A stretch of DNA of 64,000 nucleotides. Source: Auanema rhodensis (lineage: Eukaryota; Animalia; Nematoda). Positions within the stretch are counted from its first letter, which is position 1, and each line of letters begins with the position of its first letter. Both the position numbers and the translations under genes were made by a program. The stretch is from positions 19,468,001-19,532,000 of the forward strand of contig OZ059896.1 of the NCBI GenBank assembly GCA_964057225.1. The letters are read 5' to 3'. The notes beneath the pieces are model-generated. The model was not told the origin of the DNA. It worked only from the letters and a program-made list of their open reading frames with translations, and made no database searches. Of the stretch, positions 55,301 through 64,000 are shown in pieces.

Positions 55301-57563
55301 AAATCTGATAACACAGATCGACGCAGCTTAAAAATCCGCATCGAATGCACTTTACTACATTGAGAAACGCTTAATACAAGAATTAGTTATGATCGTTTGA
55401 AAAATGATGCATTAGTGTATGTTGAGTTTCCATGTACACTCAACATTGCTTCCAAAAACATTTTGACAAAAATTTTTTCGAAAAATTTCTAAATAATTTA
55501 GCAAAAAGTAGATGTTTTTAGATTCTTTTTTTCAAGGCAAAGACGATGGACAATGTTATTCAACGAAAAAATTAATTCTTCAGGGTGAAAATCGAGGATA
55601 TAAGTGTGAACTTATATCAGTTGATATCTCGGTGCATTTTTAAGCTAGCGCAAATCTGATAACACAGATCGACGCAGCTTAAAAATCCGCATCGAATGCA
55701 CTTTACTACATTGAGAAACGCTTAATACAAGAATTAGTTATGATCGTTTGAAAAATGATGCATTAGTGTATGTTGAGTTTCCATGTACACTCAACATTGC
55801 TTCCAAAAACATTTTGACAAAAATTTTTTCAAAAAATTTCAAAATAATTTAGCAAAAAGTAGATGTTTTTAGATTTCTTTTTTCAAGGCAAAGACGATGG
55901 ACAATGTTATTCAACGAAAAAATTAATTCTTCAGGGTGAAAATCGAGGATATAAGTGTGAACTTATATCAGTTGATATCTCGGTGCATTTTTAAGCTAGC
56001 GCAAATCTGATAACACAGATCGACGCAGCTTAAAAATCCGCATCAAATGCACTATACTACATTGAGAAACGCTTAATACAAAAATTAGTTATGATCGTTT
56101 GAAAAATGATGCATTAGTGTATGTTGAGTTTCCATGTACACTCAACATTGCTTCCAAAAACATTTTGACAAAAATTTTTTCGAAAAATTTCTAAATAATT
56201 TAGCAAAAAGTAGATGTTTTTAGATTCTTTTTTTCAAGGCAAAGACGATGGACAATGTTATTCAACGAAAAAATTAATTCTTCAGGGTGAAAATCGAGGA
56301 TATAAGTGTGAACTTATATCAGTTGATATCTCGGTGCATTTTTAAGCTAGCGCAAATCTGATAACACAGATCGACGCAGCTTAAAAATCCGCATCGAATG
56401 CACTTTACTACATTGAGAAACGCTTAATACAAGAATTAGTTATGATCGTTTGAAAAATGATGCATTAGTGTATGTTGAGTTTCCATGTACACTCAACATT
56501 GCTTCCAAAAACATTTTGACAAAAATTTTTTCGAAAAATTTCAAAATAATTTAGCAAAAAGTAGATGTTTTTAGATTCCTTTTTTCAAGGCAATGACGAT
56601 GGACAATGTTATTCAACGAAAAAATTAATTCTTCAGGGTGAAAATCGAGGATATAAGTGTGAACTTATATCAGTTGATATCTCGGTGCATTTTTAAGCTA
56701 GCGCAAATCTGATAACACAGATCGACGCAGCTTAAAAATCCGCATCGAATGCACTATACTACATTGAGAAACGCTTAATACAAAAATTAGTTATGATCGT
56801 TTGAAAAATGATGCATTAGTGTATGTTGAGTTTCCATGTACACTCAACATTGCTTCCAAAAACATTTTGACAAAAATTTTTTCGAAAAATTTCTAAATAA
56901 TTTAGCAAAAAGTAGATGTTTTTAGATTCTTTTTTTCAAGGCAAAGACGATGGACAATGTTATTCAACGAAAAAATTAATTCTTCAGGGTGAAAATCGAG
57001 GATATAAGTGTGAACTTATATCAGTTGATATCTCGGTGCATTTTTAAGCTAGCGCAAATCTGATAACACAGATCGACGCAGCTTAAAAATCCGCATCGAA
57101 TGCACTTTACTACATTGAGAAACGCTTAATACAAGAATTAGTTATGATCGTTTGAAAAATGATGCATTAGTGTATGTTGAGTTTCCATGTACACTCAACA
57201 TTGCTTCCAAAAACATTTTGACAAAAATTTTTTCGAAAAATTTCTAAATAATTTAGCAAAAAGTAGATGTTTTTAGATTCTTTTTTTCAAGGCAAAGACG
57301 ATGGACAATGTTATTCAACGAAAAAATTAATTCTTCAGGGTGAAAATCGAGGATATAAGTGTGAACTTATATCAGTTGATATCTCGGTGCATTTTTAAGC
57401 TAGCGCAAATCTGATAACACAGATCGACGCAGCTTAAAAATCCGCATCGAATGCACTATACTACATTGAGAAACGCTTAATACAAAAATTAGTTATGATC
57501 GTTTGAAAAATGATGCATTAGTGTATGTTGAGTTTCCATGTACACTCAACATTGCTTCCAAAA

Positions 57564-60500
57564 ACATTTTGACAAAAAATTTTTTCGAAAAATTTCTAAA
57601 TAATTTAGCAAAAAGTAGATGTTTTTAGATTCTTTTTTTCAAGGCAAAGACGATGGACAATGTTATTCAACGAAAAAAATAATTCTTCAGGGTGAAAATC
57701 GAGGATATAAGTGTGAACTTATATCAGTTGATATCTCGGTGCATTTTTAAGCTAGCGCAAATCTGATAACACAGATCGACGCAGCTTAAAAATCCGCATC
57801 GAATGCACTATACTACATTAAGAAACGCTTAATACAAAAATTAGTTATGATCGTTTGAAAAATGATGCATTAGTGTATGTTGAGTTTCCATGTACACTCA
57901 ACATTGCTTCCAAAAACATTTTGACAAAAATTTTTTCGAAAAATTTCTAAATAATTTAGCAAAAAGTAGATGTTTTTAGATTCTTTTTTTCAAGGCAAAG
58001 ACGATGGACAATGTTATTCAACGAAAAAATTAATTCTTCAGGGTGAAAATCGAGGATATAAGTGTGAACTTATATCAGTTGATATCTCGGTGCATTTTTA
58101 AGCTAGCGCAAATTTGATAACACAGATCGACGCAGCTTAAAAATCCGCATCGAATGCACTATACTACATTGAGAAACGCTTAATACAAAAATTAGTTATG
58201 ATCGTTTGAAAAATGATGCATTAGTGTATGTTGAGTTTCCATGTACACTCAACATTGCTTCCAAAAACATTTTGACAAAAATTTTTTCAAAAAATTTCAA
58301 AATAATTTAGCAAAAATTAGATGTTTTTAGATTCCTTTTTTCAAGGCAAAGACGATGGACAATGTTATTCAACGAAAAAATTAATTCTTCAGGGTGAAAA
58401 TCGAGGATATAAGTGTGAACTTATATCAGTTGATATATCGGTGCATTTTTAAGCTAGCGCAAATCTGATAACACAGATCGACGCAGCTTAAAAATCCGCA
58501 TCGAATGCACTATACTACATTGAGAAACGCTTAATACAAAAATTAGTTATGATCGTTTGAAAAATGATGCATTAGTGTATGTTGAGTTTCCATGTACACT
58601 CAACATTGCTTCCAAAAACATTTTGACAAAAATTTTTTCAAAAAATTTCAAAATAATTTAGCAAAAAGTAGATGTTTTTAGATTCCTTTTTTCAAGGCAA
58701 AGACGATGGACAATGTTATTCAACGAAAAAATTAATTCTTCAGGGTGAAAATCGAGGATATAAGTGTGAACTTATATCAGTTGATATCTCGGTGCATTTT
58801 TGAGCTAGCGAAAATCTGATAACACAGATCGACGCAGCTTAAAAATCCGCATCGAATGCACTATACTACATTGAGAAACGCTTAATACAAAAATTAGTTA
58901 TGATCGTTTGAAAAATGATGCATTAGTGTATGTTGAGTTTCCATGTACACTCAACATTGCTTCCAAAAACATTTTGACAAAAATTTTTTCAAAAAATTTC
59001 AAAATAATTTAGCAAAAAGTAGATGTTTTTAGATTTCTTTTTTCAAGGCAAAGACGATGGACAATGTTATTCAACGAAAAAATTAATTCTTCAGGGTGAA
59101 AATCGAGGATATAAGTGTGAACTTATATCAGTTGATATCTCGGTGCATTTTTAAGCTAGCGCAAATCTGATAACACAGATCGACGCAGCTTAAAGATCCG
59201 CATCAAATGCACTATACTACATTGAGAAACGCTTAATACAAAAATTAGTTATGATCGTTTGAAAAATGATGCATTAGTGTATGTTGAGTTTCCATGTACA
59301 CTCAACATTGCTTCCAAAAACATTTTGACAAAAATTTTTTCGAAAAATTTCTAAATAATTTAGCAAAAAGTAGATGTTTTTAGATTCTTTTTTTCAAGGC
59401 AAAGACGATGGACAATGTTATTCAACGAAAAAAATAATTCTTCAGGGTGAAAATCGAGGATATAAGTGTGAACTTATATCAGTTGATATCTCGGTGCATT
59501 TTTAAGCTAGCGCAAATCTGATAACACAGATCGACGCAGCTTAAAAATCCGCATCGAATGCACTATACTACATTAAGAAACGCTTAATACAAAAATTAGT
59601 TATGATCGTTTGAAAAATGATGCATTAGTGTATGTTGAGTTTCCATGTACACTCAACATTGCTTCCAAAAACATTTTGACAAAAATTTTTTCGAAAAATT
59701 TCTAAATAATTTAGCAAAAAGTAGATGTTTTTAGATTCTTTTTTTCAAGGCAAAGACGATGGACAATGTTATTCAACGAAAAAATTAATTCTTCAGGGTG
59801 AAAATCGAGGATATAAGTGTGAACTTATATCAGTTGATATCTCGGTGCATTTTTAAGCTAGCGCAAATTTGATAACACAGATCGACGCAGCTTAAAAATC
59901 CGCATCGAATGCACTATACTACATTGAGAAACGCTTAATACAAAAATTAGTTATGATCGTTTGAAAAATGATGCATTAGTGTATGTTGAGTTTCCATGTA
60001 CACTCAACATTGCTTCCAAAAACATTTTGACAAAAATTTTTTCAAAAAATTTCAAAATAATTTAGCAAAAATTAGATGTTTTTAGATTCCTTTTTTCAAG
60101 GCAAAGACGATGGACAATGTTATTCAACGAAAAAATTAATTCTTCAGGGTGAAAATCGAGGATATAAGTGTGAACTTATATCAGTTGATATATCGGTGCA
60201 TTTTTAAGCTAGCGCAAATCTGATAACACAGATCGACGCAGCTTAAAAATCCGCATCGAATGCACTATACTACATTGAGAAACGCTTAATACAAAAATTA
60301 GTTATGATCGTTTGAAAAATGATGCATTAGTGTATGTTGAGTTTCCATGTACACTCAACATTGCTTCCAAAAACATTTTGACAAAAATTTTTTCAAAAAA
60401 TTTCAAAATAATTTAGCAAAAAGTAGATGTTTTTAGATTCCTTTTTTCAAGGCAAAGACGATGGACAATGTTATTCAACGAAAAAATTAATTCTTCAGGG

Positions 60501-61074
60501 TGAAAATCGAGGATATAAGTGTGAACTTATATCAGTTGATATCTCGGTGCATTTTTGAGCTAGCGAAAATCTGATAACACAGATCGACGCAGCTTAAAAA
60601 TCCGCATCGAATGCACTATACTACATTGAGAAACGCTTAATACAAAAATTAGTTATGATCGTTTGAAAAATGATGCATTAGTGTATGTTGAGTTTCCATG
60701 TACACTCAACATTGCTTCCAAAAACATTTTGACAAAAATTTTTTCAAAAAATTTCAAAATAATTTAGCAAAAAGTAGATGTTTTTAGATTTCTTTTTTCA
60801 AGGCAAAGACGATGGACAATGTTATTCAACGAAAAAATTAATTCTTCAGGGTGAAAATCGAGGATATAAGTGTGAACTTATATCAGTTGATATCTCGGTG
60901 CATTTTTAAGCTAGCGCAAATCTGATAACACAGATCGACGCAGCTTAAAGATCCGCATCAAATGCACTATACTACATTGAGAAACGCTTAATACAAAAAT
61001 TAGTTATGATCGTTTGAAAAATGATGCATTAGTGTATGTTGAGTTTCCATGTACACTCAACATTGCTTCCAAAA
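57564..61074. repeat. Local 5-monomer (1755 bp) tandem duplication
   Basis: A227G at 59195 and 60950 (1755 bp apart); G51T in M167/M172; C199T in M166/M171. Confidence 0.9.
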
Positions 61075-64000
61075 ACATTTTGACAAAAATTTTTTCGAAA
61101 AATTTCTAAATAATTTAGCAAAAAGTAGATGTTTTTAGATTCTTTTTTTCAAGGCAAAGACGATGGACAATGTTATTCAACGAAAAAATTAATTCTTCAG
61201 GGTGAAAATCGAGGATATAAGTGTGAACTTATATCAGTTGATATCTCGGTGCATTTTTAAGCTAGCGCAAATCTGATAACACAGATCGACGCAGCTTAAA
61301 AATCCGCATCGAATGCACTTTACTACATTGAGAAACGCTTAATACAAGAATTAGTTATGATCGTTTGAAAAATGATGCATTAGTGTATGTTGAGTTTCCA
61401 TGTACACTCAACATTGCTTCCAAAAACATTTTGACAAAAAATTTTTCGAAAAATTTCAAAATAATTTAGCAAAAAGTAGATGTTTTTAGATTCCTTTTTT
61501 CAAGGCAAAGACGATGGACAATGTTATTCAACGAAAAAATTAATTCTTCAGGGTGAAAATCGAGGATATAAGTGTGAACTTATATCAGTTGATATATCGG
61601 TGCATTTTTAAGCTAGCGCAAATCTGATAACACAGATCGACGCAGCTTAAAAATCCGCATCGAATGCACTATACTACATTGAGAAACGCTTAATACAAAA
61701 ATTAGTTATGATCGTTTGAAAAATGATGCATTAGTGTATGTTGAGTTTCCATGTACACTCAACATTGCTTCCAAAAACATTTTGACAAAAATTTTTTCGA
61801 AAAATTTCTAAATAATTTAGCAAAAAGTAGATGTTTTTAGATTCTTTTTTTCAAGGCAAAGACGATGGACAATGTTATTCAACGAAAAAATTAATTCTTC
61901 AGGGTGAAAATCGAGGATATAAGTGTGAACTTATATCAGTTGATATCTCGGTGCATTTTTAAGCTAGCGCAAATCTGATAACACAGATCGACGCAGCTTA
62001 AAAATCCGCATCGAATGCACTATACTACATTGAGAAACGTTTAATACAAGAATTAGTTATGATCGTTTGAAAAATGATGCATTAGTGTATGTTGAGTTTC
62101 CATGTACACTCAACATTGCTTCCAAAAACATTTTGACAAAAATTTTTTCGAAAAATTTCAAAATAATTTAGCAAAAAGTAGAAGTTTTTAGATTCCATTT
62201 TTCAAGGCAAAGACGATGGACAATGTTATTCAACGAAAAAATTAATTCTTCAGGGTGAAAATCGAGGATATAAGTGTGAACTTATATCAGTTGATATATC
62301 GGTGCATTTTTAAGCTAGCGCAAATCTGATAACACAGATCGACGCAGCTTAAAAATCCGCATCGAATGCACTATACTACATTGAGAAACGCTTAATACAA
62401 AAATTAGTTATGATCGTTTGAAAAATGATGCATTAGTGTATGTTGAGTTTCCATGTACACTCAACATTGCTTCCAAAAACATTTTGACAAAAATTTTTTC
62501 GAAAAATTTCTAAATAATTTAGCAAAAAGTAGATGTTTTTAGATTCTTTTTTTCAAGGCAAAGACGATGGACAATGTTATTCAACGAAAAAATTAATTCT
62601 TCAGGGTGAAAATCGAGGATATAAGTGTGAACTTATATCAGTTGATATCTCGGTGCATTTTTAAGCTAGCGCAAATCTGATAACACAGATCGACGCAGCT
62701 TAAAAATCCGCATCGAATGCACTATACTACATTGAGAAACGCTTAATACAAAAATTAGTTATGATCGTTTGAAAAATGATGCATTAGTGTATGTTGAGTT
62801 TCCATGTACACTCAACATTGCTTCCAAAAACATTTTGACAAAAATTTTTTCGAAAAATTTCAAAATAATTTAGCAAAAAGTAGATGTTTTTAGATTCCTT
62901 TTTTCAAGGCAATGACGATGGACAATGTTATTCAACGAAAAAATTAATTCTTCAGGGTGAAAATCGAGGATATAAGTGTGAACTTATATCAGTTGATATA
63001 TCGGTGCATTTTTAAGCTAGCGCAAATCTGATAACACAGATCGACGCAGCTTAAAAATCCGCATCGAATGCACTATACTACATTGAGAAACGCTTAATAC
63101 AAAAATTAGTTATGATCGTTTGAAAAATGATGCATTAGTGTATGTTGAGTTTCCATGTACACTCAACATTGCTTCCAAAAACATTTTGACAAAAATTTTT
63201 TCGAAAAATTTCTAGATAATTTAGCAAAAAGTAGATGTTTTTAAATTCTTTTTTTCAAGGCAAAGACGATGGACAATGTTATTCAACGAAAAAATTAATT
63301 CTTCAGGGTGAAAATCGAGGATATAAGTGTGAACTTATATCAGTTGATATCTCGGTGCATTTTTGAGCTAGCGAAAATCTGATAACACAGATCGACGCAG
63401 CTTAAAAATCCGCATCGAATGCACTATACTACATTGAGAAACGCTTAATACAAAAATTAGTTATGATCGTTTGAAAAATGATGCATTAGTGTATGTTGAG
63501 TTTCCATGTACACTCAACATTGCTTCCAAAAACATTTTGACAAAAATTTTTTCAAAAAATTTCAAAATAATTTAGCAAAAAGTAGATGTTTTTAGATTTC
63601 TTTTTTCAAGGCAAAGACGATGGACAATGTTATTCAACGAAAAAATTAATTCTTCAGGGTGAAAATCGAGGATATAAGTGTGAACTTATATCAGTTGATA
63701 TCTCGGTGCATTTTTAAGCTAGCGCAAATCTGATAACACAGATCGACGCAGCTTAAAAATCCGCATCAAATGCAATATACTACATTGAGAAACGCTTAAT
63801 ACAAAAATTAGTTATGATCGTTTGAAAAATGATGCATTAGTGTATGTTGAGTTTCCATGTACACTCAACATTGCTTCCAAAAACATTTTGACAAAAATTT
63901 TTTCGAAAAATTTCTAAATAATTTAGCAAAAAGTAGATGTTTTTAGATTCTTTTTTTCAAGGCGAAGACGATGGACAATGTTATTCAACGAAAAAATTAA

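Larger units (their letters stand above)
1..64000. repeat. Satellite DNA tandem array, 351-bp monomer, about 182.3 copies, extends beyond both window ends
   Basis: ACATTTTGACAA recurs at 1, 352, 703 ... 7021 (=1+20x351), 14041, 21061, 28081, 35101 and 63181; the last partial copy starts at 63883. No non-repeat sequence or inversion seen. Confidence 0.99.

Noticed and set aside
1-64000. CRISPR array or other repeat-spacer cassette system
   Set aside because: The sequence between hairpins is as conserved as the hairpins; there are no unique spacers and no associated genes.
1-64000. Single fixed higher-order repeat, or a code in the order of variants
   Set aside because: Periods change locally (2, 3, 4, 5, 7, 15, 28) and are explained by ordinary block duplication and conversion.
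1-64000. Rolling-circle concatemer or collapsed-assembly artefact
   Set aside because: Variants are shared, linked and position-structured, unlike random errors on a single template; individual duplications still need read support.

Overview
The whole 64,000-bp window is one uninterrupted head-to-tail array of a 351-bp AT-rich satellite (about 31% GC by hand count): 182 complete monomers plus a 118-bp partial one, all in one orientation, with no insertions of foreign DNA. There are no genes: all six frames of the monomer contain stops. I see no RNA genes, CRISPR arrays or intact mobile elements. Copies differ at only a few positions each; I saw about 50 variable sites by eye and only 7 monomers with indels. 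The monomer is about two nucleosome repeats long and carries four dyad symmetries, two of them half a monomer apart. Monomer variants record nested block duplications of 3, 4, 5, 7, 15 and 28 monomers, several with chimeric junction monomers, and diversity rises from left to right. The best reading is a young, rapidly homogenising eukaryotic satellite, possibly (peri)centromeric and possibly from an invertebrate; function and organism are inferences. I do not recognise the family and found no protein-based novel system. All variant typing was by eye and needs confirming by alignment. Mn = monomer number; 'pos' = position within the monomer.
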